From an uncultured candidatus Brocadiaceae bacterium (GTDB lineage: Bacteria; Planctomycetota; Brocadiia; SM23-32), in assembly GCA_964644705.1 (NCBI GenBank), contig CAZXYF010000002.1, positions 1 through 47,076 on the forward strand: DNA of 47,076 nucleotides. Direction: 5' to 3'. The translations under genes were made by a program, and so were the position numbers. The notes beneath the pieces were generated by a model, which was given only the letters and a program-made list of their open reading frames with translations, ran no database searches and was not told the DNA's origin. Positions 36,802 to 45,347 of this stretch are shown here, in pieces; positions within the stretch are counted from its first letter, which is position 1; each line of letters starts with the position of its first letter.

Positions 36802-37854
36802 TCAGGGATTATTAGCATCACGATAGCATAACTCCTCCAGTATGGTCGAATCGTTCAGACGTTTGTCGATATCAACCTCGAAAACCCGGGCAATGGGTTC
36901 AAGGATCTCCGGGTTATTGTCCCACACCGTCCGTGCCGCCTCCAGCACCACTTCCAGCCCTTTGTGGGTCATTCGGCCAAGGGGCGGTCGGCAGGATCCC
37001 ACGGGCATGCCCAGAATACGCATCAGCGTCTTGACCGGGAGGGGATTGCGGGCCTTGCACATCCTGTGTCCCCACGGGCTCTCCTCCTCGGTTTTGACCG
37101 TTACTATGTCGAACAGCGGTTTCATGGCCTCGGCCAGTTGCTCGGCTTCCTCGTCTTCTCCCTCAAGAACCGCCATGGTCATCCTCTGAACGGCACTCGG
37201 GGCGATATTTGACATTACGCTTACTGCACCACAACCTCTGATGGCGTTGTCGGTCATCATAGAGAAGGTCATCCCGTCGTCGCCGCTGAGCATTTGCAAC
37301 TTGTCTCCGGCACATTCCCGCGTGCGCCGCATGTTCTCCATGCTGCCGCTGGCCTCTTTCACCGCATTGATATTTGCATGCTGGCGGCACAAAAGGGCAA
37401 GATCTTCGGGAAGCAGCTGCGTTCCGCTCCGTCCGGGAATGACGTATGGGATGACCTCCAGATCGGGGAATTCAGACGCGACACGTCCCATGTATTCTCG
37501 TCGTATTTCAACCGAGCTCGGGCCGTTGTAATACGGTTCCACCAGCAGTATGGCCCCAATATCGTGTTTTTCCACATGCTTCGTGCTCCGCAGTGTTTCC
37601 TCGGTGCAGTTCGATCCGGTTCCGGCGATGACCGTACATCGCTCACGCGTGAATTCTTTGATCTGAACGATTACCTGCGAATGTTCTTCCCAGTTGAGTG
37701 TCGCGCTCTCACCGGTGGTCCCCATGGCGAGTATACCGCTTACGCCGGAAACAACCTGGAATTCCACGAGTTCCTCGAGAGCCTTAAAGTCAACTTCACT
37801 GGCATCTGCCCGTTTCATGGGGGTAACCAGTGCGGTGTAGCATCCTTTGAACAT
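36802..37854 (-). CDS. dapA: 4-hydroxy-tetrahydrodipicolinate synthase family protein (DapA-like, extended C-terminus)
   Basis: GTTGES, YYN and the Schiff-base Lys context INAVKEASG. At 350 aa it is about 55 aa longer than classical DapA. The extra length is an insertion/extension after NPLPVK. Confidence 0.8.
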   Translation of the reverse strand: MFKGCYTALVTPMKRADASEVDFKALEELVEFQVVSGVSGILAMGTTGESATLNWEEHSQVIVQIKEFTRERCTVIAGTGSNCTEETLRSTKHVEKHDIGAILLVEPYYNGPSSVEIRREYMGRVASEFPDLEVIPYVIPGRSGTQLLPEDLALLCRQHANINAVKEASGSMENMRRTRECAGDKLQMLSGDDGMTFSMMTDNAIRGCGAVSVMSNIAPSAVQRMTMAVLEGEDEEAEQLAEAMKPLFDIVTVKTEEESPWGHRMCKARNPLPVKTLMRILGMPVGSCRPPLGRMTHKGLEVVLEAARTVWDNNPEILEPIARVFEVDIDKRLNDSTILEELCYRDANNP

Positions 37855-38044
37855 GGTGTGTTATCCTTCCGGTTGAGGCTATCAGAGCAGTTTAAATATT
37901 AGTGGTCTAAATCGAACGCCACCTCCAGAGATGGCGATGCGATCTCACCGTTGGAAATATTATGAGTGGACGTTCTGGTTTCGTCAATGGCGGGGCCGCT
38001 TCCGTCCGGGATGAGGGTGTCTTCTCCCGCTCAACTGACACAGG

Positions 38045-38428
38045 TCATTTGTGGGTGTTCTGCGTCTTAACAGCACCGGCGGGGGGACGCCCCAGGTCCG
38101 CCGCTTCTTTCAGAACCCGAAACGGCAGTTTTAGAACCATTATGCTGACCTTCAGGGGGGCCAGAATGCCTTTTCCCACGTGCGTTAATCCAGAATTAAC
38201 CCCGACACCCGGCAGTGGAGACAAAAGAAGTTCGCTTGTTCCCAGGGGGATATATAGGACTTCGGCTGCCGCAAAGGGAACACGAGCAATCTCGCTGGCC
38301 ACATCAATGGTATGTGGTGCGGCCTTCGCCGCGGCAGCGACTTGATCGGGCGTTGCCGCTTTTGCCGTGGGTCCAGCAGTGCAGCAGAACAATATGAAGA
38401 TCACCGGCAAAATAGCATATTTACGCAT
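38045..38428 (-). CDS. small secreted or lipoprotein-like hypothetical protein
   Basis: N-terminus MRKYAILPVIFILFCC (signal / lipobox-like), 127 aa, Ala-rich. Confidence 0.5.
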   Translation of the reverse strand: MRKYAILPVIFILFCCTAGPTAKAATPDQVAAAAKAAPHTIDVASEIARVPFAAAEVLYIPLGTSELLLSPLPGVGVNSGLTHVGKGILAPLKVSIMVLKLPFRVLKEAADLGRPPAGAVKTQNTHK

Positions 38429-38647
38429 GGATGCCTCCGGAGAGGATCACATAAAAAACTGGTTAGTGTATATTGGATGTGAGGCAAAAAATCCAGAACG
38501 GTATTTACTCCACATTGTCCACAGACTTAAAGACTGGTGTGTTGACGGTTTTGAGGTCACCTTTGTGTATAAGCAATAGGCGACTGGGATTCAAACGGGA
38601 ACCGTGCATTCAGATTAGACTATGGTGTGGTTGGCCCGAGTCCAGGC

Positions 38648-38893
38648 CTGTCCAAAATGCCAGTTCGGGATGTATAGCTCTTTGTCTTTACCTTCGTCTT
38701 TACCAAACATCTGCCGTTGTTTTTTTGGCAATCTCAGCACCAGTAGAAAGGCAGACGAAGGCAAAGACAAAGATAAAGAGGTTAGATCCATTGCCTCGAC
38801 ATATTTAGGGGCGGTTTGCGAGATGAACCGTATTTCGGGCTCACAACCACCTCGGAGGCCATCAAAAAGTCCATGTGAGAACGTTTTGGACAG
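38648..38893 (-). repeat. copy B of the roughly 247-nt conserved non-coding element
   Basis: Its reverse complement aligns with 32825-33071. It has near-perfect terminal inverted repeats CTGTCCAAAAcG / CaTTTTGGACAG and an internal long stem 38678-38704 / 38750-38781. Confidence 0.6.
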
Positions 38894-38937
38894 CAAGGGC
38901 CCGGGTCGATCGCACACCTGAAAAATCTTAGAAGATT

Positions 38938-39732
38938 TTAACAGGACGGCTCAACGGGAAAAATTTCGGGCGCGGGACGGTCCAGCATCGCCCCGGGATC
39001 GTTTCGTTTCATCTGGCGCTGAAGGATGGTCCGCGCAATCGACATATCCTCCGGCGTGGTGATTTTTATGTTCTCGCGGCTATCTTCCACCACATAGACA
39101 TCGTAGCCGAGCGCTTCCACCAGTCCCGCATCGTCTGTCCCGACCGTTCCCCGGTCCTTTGCCATTTCATGGGCTTCCATAAGGGTGGACCGTGGAAATC
39201 CCTGGGGGGTTTGAGCCATCCATAGATTATCGCGAGGAGGCGTTTCAATAATACGATTTTTGCCATTCACCTCTTTTATGGTGGCGATGGCCGGGACGGC
39301 GGCTATCGCTCCGCCATGGCAGGCCGCTCGGGCGGCCACATTCCGGATGACGTCCAGTCCAACGAATGGGCGAACCGCATCGTGGACCAGAACGAGTTCA
39401 TTAGTTTCTCTGGTGGCTTTGAGCCCATATCGAACGCTTTCCTGGCGCGACTGGCCACCAGCCACAATCTGTGTCACACCGAAGTGCTCCCGCAGGTTGC
39501 TCGACCATTCTTCACGGTAGAATGGCAGGTCATCCGGATTGACAACCAGGACAATCTCCGTGCATATTTCGACGGCACTGAATCGGGTCAGGGTGTGGAG
39601 GAGAATGGGCGTGTCGTCAACCTTTAAAAAAGGTTTGCGCTGTTCGCTTTGCATGCGCACCCCCATACCCGCCGCCGGTATGACGGCGGAAAACGGTGGG
39701 GGATCAAAAGATTGACATATCTGTTCGGTCAT
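38938..39732 (-). CDS. ispD: 2-C-methyl-D-erythritol 4-phosphate cytidylyltransferase
   Basis: AVIPAAGMGVRM (GxGxR) and the blocks VLVHDAVRPF and TPQGF. The start is set at MTEQ (39732). The track ORF extends to 39795. Confidence 0.9.
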   Translation of the reverse strand: MTEQICQSFDPPPFSAVIPAAGMGVRMQSEQRKPFLKVDDTPILLHTLTRFSAVEICTEIVLVVNPDDLPFYREEWSSNLREHFGVTQIVAGGQSRQESVRYGLKATRETNELVLVHDAVRPFVGLDVIRNVAARAACHGGAIAAVPAIATIKEVNGKNRIIETPPRDNLWMAQTPQGFPRSTLMEAHEMAKDRGTVGTDDAGLVEALGYDVYVVEDSRENIKITTPEDMSIARTILQRQMKRNDPGAMLDRPAPEIFPVEPSC

Positions 39733-39769
39733 GGTGCTTGAGTTTGTACAGGGGAGAGTTCCGCTCCGG

Positions 39770-40861
39770 TTATCGGGCTCGACGTCCCGGACCATCAGAA
39801 TTGTTTGACTGCCGTCGCGCCGGGTGTGACGAGCCGGATCGCTCTTCGTTTGTGGTCAGGCGTCCGAAGATCATGCGTCCCGTGTCACGTGTAATGGTGT
39901 TGGTGACTACTACCTCCACTTCTTCTCCGATTTTCTCGGCGGCATCCTCCACCACCACCATGGTACCATCTTCCAGGTAGCCAACAGCCTGACCGGGTTG
40001 TTCGCCCGATTTGATGAGTTTTATAGACAGAGATTCATCCGGCAGAGCGACCGGTTTGAGCGCGTTCGCCAGTTCGTTCAGGTTGATGATGTCGATTCCG
40101 CCGATGGTGGCCACGCGATTGAGATTGTAGTCATTCGTCATAATCCGCCCATTGTGCTGTTCGGCGACATCCACAAGTCGTTCGTCAACCGGTTTACTCT
40201 CATCCGTATCCACGCTCTCTATACGAACATCGAGACGTTCATTATTCTGGATGCTGTCCAGAACTTGCATACCCAATCGGCCACGTTCCCGCCGCATCTT
40301 GTCGCTCGAATCGGCAATGTTATGCAATTCCTGCAGAACCATGCGGGGGATGATGATGGGATCATTGATGATGTTGGTGTTCAGCAGGTCCGCGATGCGC
40401 CCGTCAACGATTACGCTGGTGTCAAGAAATACGGGCCGGGTTCCCCGTTCTTCCCGGCGGAATTCCACGTAAGGGATGACCACCCGCCACTTGTTGCGGG
40501 TTTTATAGAGTATGGAAACGGCCAGATAGATGAAGACTGCGCCCAGTGCGAGTGTGAGGTCTTCTTCGGCGGCATCAGACATTGCGCTGGTTCCCACGGC
40601 GAGCTGGACGATTTTGACCCCCAGCAGCGCCCCGAGGACGCCAATGAGCACGCCAAAAACAACCGACGAGATAGCGGTGAGCGGTTTGCTGCTGATGAAC
40701 CATTCAAAAACAATGATCACAGCACCTGCGGCCATACTGCCCAGCAGGAAAGAAAATTGCATGCCGATTTTGGACCCTGCTGTATAACCGATGGCGCACA
40801 GGCAGATGTAAAAGAGGACGCGAAAAGCCCATCCAGCAATAATATTACCCCGGTGGTTCAT
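39770..40861 (-). CDS. membrane-anchored PIN/TRAM domain protein (YacL-like)
   Basis: Four N-terminal TM segments, a PIN core (FLDTSVIVDGRI...) and a C-terminal TRAM beta-barrel (GYLEDGTMVVVE). The yacL-ispD synteny matches Bacillus. Confidence 0.8.
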   Translation of the reverse strand: MNHRGNIIAGWAFRVLFYICLCAIGYTAGSKIGMQFSFLLGSMAAGAVIIVFEWFISSKPLTAISSVVFGVLIGVLGALLGVKIVQLAVGTSAMSDAAEEDLTLALGAVFIYLAVSILYKTRNKWRVVIPYVEFRREERGTRPVFLDTSVIVDGRIADLLNTNIINDPIIIPRMVLQELHNIADSSDKMRRERGRLGMQVLDSIQNNERLDVRIESVDTDESKPVDERLVDVAEQHNGRIMTNDYNLNRVATIGGIDIINLNELANALKPVALPDESLSIKLIKSGEQPGQAVGYLEDGTMVVVEDAAEKIGEEVEVVVTNTITRDTGRMIFGRLTTNEERSGSSHPARRQSNNSDGPGRRAR

Positions 40862-40903
40862 GATGAATTATCCTATAAGATGATAATTGCGGACTGAAAT
40901 CGC

Positions 40904-40912
40904 ATTATACCA
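40904..40912 (-). promoter_or_regulatory. extended -10 promoter element TGGTATAAT upstream of the PIN/TRAM-ispD operon
   Basis: The minus strand reads TGCTGGTATAATG about 40 nt upstream of the start codon at 40861. Confidence 0.4.
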
Positions 40913-40978
40913 GCATTCATATGCTACACAAAACAGGCGGTTTCGTTTGGAAGCTTTGTGAACGGTTTTCAGGGGGGA

Positions 40979-42865
40979 TCACCCTTTTTCTTCTTGTTTG
41001 TAACGTTTCAAACGGGCATAAAGTGTGCTCCGGTCAACCCCCAGTATTTCTGCGGTCTTTTTTTTATTTCCGTCCGTGTGGCGCAGAACCCGCTGAATGT
41101 GTTCTTTTTCCAATTCATCGAGGGACGGCATCTCCTCCGGTTCAGTCGTCGTTTCCGTAGCCGATGGGGTGCGCTCGGAACCGGCGATCTCCGAGGGCAA
41201 CAGCTCCGCCCTCAGCACTTCACTGTCCGACATGATGACCATCCGTTCCACGACATTCTTCAGTTCACGCACGTTGCCCGGCCAATCGTAAATCTGAAAC
41301 ATTTCCAGAACGTCCGGGGCAAATCCTTCCACCGGTTTTCCCACTTTTTTCTGAAACTGCCCCAGAAAATGTTCGGCAAGCAACTCAATATCGCTTTCAC
41401 GTTCGCGCAGAGGGGGCAGATCAGTTCGGAGCACATCCAGCCGATAATAAAGGTCTTCACGGAATCGGCCTTCCTCCTGCGCCTTTTCCAGGTTTTCATT
41501 CGTGGCAGCGATGACTCGCGTGTCCACGTTTCTGTCCTTCACATCTCCAACCCGTCGAATGGTCCCGGTCTCCAGGACGCGGAGGAGCTTAGTCTGACAG
41601 TCCAAAGGCAGGGCCCCAATTTCATCCAGAAAAAGCGTGCCATTATCGGCAAGTTCAAATCGGCCCGGGCGATCATTGACCGCGCCGGTGAATGCGCCTT
41701 TGACGTGACCGAAAAGCTCGCTTTCCACCAGCGTCTCGCTCATCGCCGCGCAGTTGAGAGTCTCAAACGGCCCGTCGCTACGATTGCTGTTGTATCGGAT
41801 GGCCCGCGCCACAAGCTCTTTCCCCGTCCCGCTCTCGCCGCAGATCAACACGCTCGCGTCGGTGGGCGCCGCCTTCCGGATGAACTCATATACCTCCTCC
41901 ATCTCCGGGCTTTGCCCCACCAGGTTATACTGGCCTTCCACCTCCCGCTCCAGGGTTCGAGCCCGGGCCGCAATGCGTTCATATTCCCGAATGTTGTCCA
42001 TTGCCACGGCCACCTGTGCTGCGACTGAGCAGAGATACTGCAAATCGGAACGGTCGTATGCCTCCCGGGAACCGATTTTGTCGCAATAAAGGACACCCGG
42101 ATTATCGGAGGTCCCCAGGGGAACGCAAACAATGTTGATATGTTGCCCGGTCTGCTGCCCTCCGGTCTCATCCTGGTCGGTAATGGGCTTCTGGCTGAGA
42201 AGCGCCACCCCCTGATTAAGACTTTTTTCCACCAGCGTTTTGCTTATGCTCGTGGAATCCAGATCCTCGGTGAATCCACTTTTATCGCGCACGTAGGGGA
42301 GCAGGGTCCCGTCATTCTGTCTGATGATCGGCACCATGTGGTCGGGTTCCAACGTGGAATGAAGGCTGTCGGTGACCAGGTCAAACAGACTGGGCAAACT
42401 TTTTTTAGTGGCCGCTGCTCTGGCCAGCTCAGTGAGTTCCAGCAGGCGTTTGTTGGACGTCATCAGCTCGCGTCGGGAACCACCCAGGACCTCCCCTAAA
42501 TCCGGGGACTCTCCCAGGTCGATAGCCTGCGTCACCTCCGTTTCGTATCCCCCCATCAACGAATCCATATCGGTCGCCTCGTCCTCCAAAAACAGCAGGA
42601 CGACGTTCCCGATCCGCACCTCATCCATGTGTTTCAACCGTTGCCGATCCACCTTCTGGCCATTGACCGAAGTGCCGTTGTGACTGTCGAGGTCGGTTAC
42701 GTACCACCCCCCTTCCTCCTTGATGATCCGGGCGTGCCAGCGCGACACCGTACGGTCGGCCATACGGAGAGTATTGCCGGCATCACGCCCGATCGTAACC
42801 GCTTCATCGGTCATTTCAAAGGCGTCGCCCGTACCCGGCCCTTCTTTTATCACAACTTTAGCCAT
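40979..42865 (-). CDS. sigma54-dependent transcriptional activator with FHA and GAF sensory domains
   Basis: The FHA N-terminus is TIGRD...VSRWHARI...DLDSHNGTSVNG. A GAF-like middle domain follows. The AAA+ module has GESGTGKE, GAFTGA and ESELFGH. The C-terminus is a Fis-type HTH (RSTLYARLKRY). Confidence 0.9.
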   Translation of the reverse strand: MAKVVIKEGPGTGDAFEMTDEAVTIGRDAGNTLRMADRTVSRWHARIIKEEGGWYVTDLDSHNGTSVNGQKVDRQRLKHMDEVRIGNVVLLFLEDEATDMDSLMGGYETEVTQAIDLGESPDLGEVLGGSRRELMTSNKRLLELTELARAAATKKSLPSLFDLVTDSLHSTLEPDHMVPIIRQNDGTLLPYVRDKSGFTEDLDSTSISKTLVEKSLNQGVALLSQKPITDQDETGGQQTGQHINIVCVPLGTSDNPGVLYCDKIGSREAYDRSDLQYLCSVAAQVAVAMDNIREYERIAARARTLEREVEGQYNLVGQSPEMEEVYEFIRKAAPTDASVLICGESGTGKELVARAIRYNSNRSDGPFETLNCAAMSETLVESELFGHVKGAFTGAVNDRPGRFELADNGTLFLDEIGALPLDCQTKLLRVLETGTIRRVGDVKDRNVDTRVIAATNENLEKAQEEGRFREDLYYRLDVLRTDLPPLRERESDIELLAEHFLGQFQKKVGKPVEGFAPDVLEMFQIYDWPGNVRELKNVVERMVIMSDSEVLRAELLPSEIAGSERTPSATETTTEPEEMPSLDELEKEHIQRVLRHTDGNKKKTAEILGVDRSTLYARLKRYKQEEKG

Positions 42866-42897
42866 ACATTACTCTCGTGGAGGTTCATCGCGTGCGG

Positions 42898-44052
42898 TTA
42901 CAGTTTTTGATACGGTTGAAACATCTGCAAGAACCGATCCTGAGCATATCGGTCGGTCATCCCGGCAACGTAATCACAGACCGATTGATACAGGCCAACT
43001 TCATCCGCCCATTCCTGATATTCGGGCGGAAGCTGACGGGGATCAGAAATCAGTTCGTTGAAAATCTTCTTAACAAATCGGTGAGCACTGTTGGTGACCG
43101 TCATAACACGATAATCACGGTAAAGGCAGTCATGCAAACACTCTTCGAGTTCCTCTTTGCGTTCGGCGAGTTGTTCGCTGAACCCGAGGACTTTTTCGTC
43201 GAGTTCGCGCACTTCGTCGGGTGAGGTGATCTTTAAGCGGCGCAGGCGCTCCAGGCTTGTTTCAATCAAATCGGTGACGTATAGGTTGATCAGATACCGA
43301 ATGCGTGCGCGGTGGGTTTCCTCGCGCGGCAGTTCACCGTGTTCCTCGCATATTTTCTCACATGCTTCATCCCAGAGCGAAACTCCCTCCAGGTCTTCCG
43401 GTTGCAGAATCCCGGCCTTAAGCCCGTCGTCAATGTCGTGGTTGTCATACGCAATGGAATCGGCCACTTCTACGGTCTGAGCTTCCAGCAGGGGCTGTCC
43501 TGGCTCAAAGCCCTTTCCCGTGGGATGATCCCATGGGGAAGTGTGTTTGGCGATGGACTCACGGACCTCATACGAAAGGTTGAGTCCACGGAATTCCGGA
43601 TACTGACGTTCCAGCACATCCACCACCCGGAGCCCGTGCCGATTGTGCTCAAATCCCCCGTGTTCGGACATGACTTCCCGGAGGGCATTTTCTCCGCTGT
43701 GTCCGAACGGCGTATGCCCCACGTCGTGGGAGAGGGCGATGGCCTCGGTCAGGTCTTCGTTCAATCCCAGAGCTCGTGCGATGGTGCGGCCGATCTGCGA
43801 CACCTCCAGAGTGTGGGTCAGGCGGGTGCGATAATGGTCCCCTTCATGGTTGAGGAACACCTGGGTTTTATATTCGAGCCGGCGAAATGCTTTGGAGTGG
43901 ATGATGCGATCACGATCGCGCTGATAGGGGCTCCGGTACGGATGTTCGGGTTCCGGATGTTGTCGCCCTCGGGAGTTACAGCTTTTCATCCCCCATGAGG
44001 ACAGAGTCTCCGCTTCATGTTTTTCCAGTTCAGTCCGCTCCATGATACACAC
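42898..44052 (-). CDS. dgt: dGTP triphosphohydrolase-like HD-domain protein
   Basis: RDRIIHSKAFRRL, YRTRLTHTLEV and HDVGHTPFGH are typical of the Dgt type-2 subfamily. Confidence 0.9.
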   Translation of the reverse strand: MCIMERTELEKHEAETLSSWGMKSCNSRGRQHPEPEHPYRSPYQRDRDRIIHSKAFRRLEYKTQVFLNHEGDHYRTRLTHTLEVSQIGRTIARALGLNEDLTEAIALSHDVGHTPFGHSGENALREVMSEHGGFEHNRHGLRVVDVLERQYPEFRGLNLSYEVRESIAKHTSPWDHPTGKGFEPGQPLLEAQTVEVADSIAYDNHDIDDGLKAGILQPEDLEGVSLWDEACEKICEEHGELPREETHRARIRYLINLYVTDLIETSLERLRRLKITSPDEVRELDEKVLGFSEQLAERKEELEECLHDCLYRDYRVMTVTNSAHRFVKKIFNELISDPRQLPPEYQEWADEVGLYQSVCDYVAGMTDRYAQDRFLQMFQPYQKL

Positions 44053-44078
44053 CTTTATCGTGTTACAGGGGAGACGAT

Positions 44079-44591
44079 TCAGTCGCCGGAATCCACATCA
44101 CGTAAAATCTCCCACAGATCGTCCAGCGCCTGGGGGATGACTTTGGTTTGTCCTGTGACCGCCATGAAATTGGTATCGCCCTCCCATCGGGGAACGATAT
44201 GCCAGTGCAGGTGATCCGTGACGCCCGCTCCGGCGGAACGTCCCAGATTGAGACCGATATTAAACCCATCCGGCTCCACTGCCTCCTTCAGGTTGCGCCG
44301 GCATCGCTGGAGCAGCTCCATCTGGGCCGCCAGTTGCGGCGGTTCCATTTCTTCAAGGTCCCCGGTGTGTTGCAGCGGAGCGACCAGCAGGTGGCCGTTG
44401 TTGTAGGGAAACCGATTCATCATGGCAAAGCTGGCTTCATTGCGCCAGAGCATGAGTTGTTCCCGTTCGTTATCCGCCTCCGCCGCCTCACACAGAAAAC
44501 AACCATCACCATCATCGACTTCTCCAATGTATTCCATACGCCACGGAGCCCACAACTTGTCCATTTTCTTCGTGCCCTTCTGTCTGTTCAT
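44079..44591 (-). CDS. HIT (histidine triad) family nucleotide hydrolase/transferase
   Basis: Histidine triad HLHWHIVPR and an N-terminal WAPWRMEYI as in Ap4A-phosphorylase-like HIT proteins. Confidence 0.85.
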   Translation of the reverse strand: MNRQKGTKKMDKLWAPWRMEYIGEVDDGDGCFLCEAAEADNEREQLMLWRNEASFAMMNRFPYNNGHLLVAPLQHTGDLEEMEPPQLAAQMELLQRCRRNLKEAVEPDGFNIGLNLGRSAGAGVTDHLHWHIVPRWEGDTNFMAVTGQTKVIPQALDDLWEILRDVDSGD

Positions 44592-44632
44592 CGCGGTTAG
44601 AGGTGTGCGGTAGGTTTCAGAGTCGTAATGAT

Positions 44633-45137
44633 GGGAGCAGGAGTTCGTAAGCCGAATTCTGTGAGTTCATGGTGGGCCAACCACCAGCTGAACCGCGATC
44701 ATTCATCTGGACCATCGTCGCCGATGGCCTCGGGCGGCCAACCCGGGAGTGATAGCGAGACGGGCAGCCTCATTCTCCCCTATTTGGCCTTGCTCCCGGC
44801 GGGGTTTACCGTGCCCCCGATGTCACCACCGGGGCGGTGGGCTCTTGCATTAAGCCCGCTTGATTGCGAGCCCCACCATTTCACCCTTATCCCACCGGAA
44901 CGGACCGGAATAGCTGTTTGAACGACCACTGAAAGGAGGACGCCGCACGTGGCACGTCTCATCGCTTTTCGAAGCCGCAACTGACCTATTTCCGCCCGTT
45001 CCGGCGGGACGGTATCTTTTCTGTGGCACTGGCCCGGAGATCTCTCCCGGTGGGATTTCCCCACCGCCGTGCCCTGTGGAGTTCGGACTTTCCTCATCAG
45101 CCGCGCGGGCTGAGCGATCGCTTGAACCCCTGCTCCC
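44633..45137 (-). ncRNA. rnpB: RNase P RNA, bacterial type A
   Basis: The reverse complement contains GAGGAAAGTCCGAACTCCACAGGGCA, GGGTGAAATGGTG, GGCACGGTAAACCCCGCCGGGAGCAAGGCCAAATAGGGG, AGATGAATGAT and ACAGAATTCGGCTTA. P1 pairs 5' GGGAGCAGGGGTTC with 3' GAACTCCTGCTCCC. Confidence 0.95.
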
Positions 45138-45148
45138 ATGAAACCTTT

Positions 45149-45157
45149 ATTATACCA
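45149..45157 (-). promoter_or_regulatory. extended -10 element TGGTATAAT upstream of rnpB
   Basis: The minus strand reads TTATGGTATAATAAAGGTTTCAT followed by GGGAGC (the P1 5' end). TTAAGA lies 17 nt upstream as a weak -35. Confidence 0.45.
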
Positions 45158-45233
45158 TAAAAGAAGTACCATCTTAACTTCGTTGTGCCGGTGCAACCGC
45201 CCTCTCCCCCGGTGGACTCGATCACCGGCCCCG

Positions 45234-45263
45234 TTGACATCCTGGCTCTATGAAGTTTATACT
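45234..45263 (+). promoter_or_regulatory. sigma70-type promoter for the lptF/G-like gene
   Basis: TTGACA (45234-45239), an 18-nt spacer, then TATACT (45258-45263), about 85 nt upstream of the ATG at 45348. Confidence 0.4.
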
Positions 45264-45347
45264 GCCACCGGTCTCATGCTGGATCCGTCTTTTTCGATGA
45301 GAACTCATACCCCGATATAACGCGGCCCGTTAAATTAAACATTCGCC

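Noticed and set aside
37855-38044. possible lysine riboswitch upstream of dapA
   Set aside because: I found only a vague GGAGGTGGCG resemblance. I could not find the five-helix L-box architecture or its conserved junctions.
38581-38650. tRNA-like string GGGATTCAAACGGGAACC
   Set aside because: The reverse complement cannot be folded into a T-arm (no 5-bp stem around a TTCRANY loop). There is no acceptor stem or anticodon arm.
40958-42028. 356-aa plus-strand ORF
   Set aside because: It is a shadow ORF opposite the sigma54 activator.
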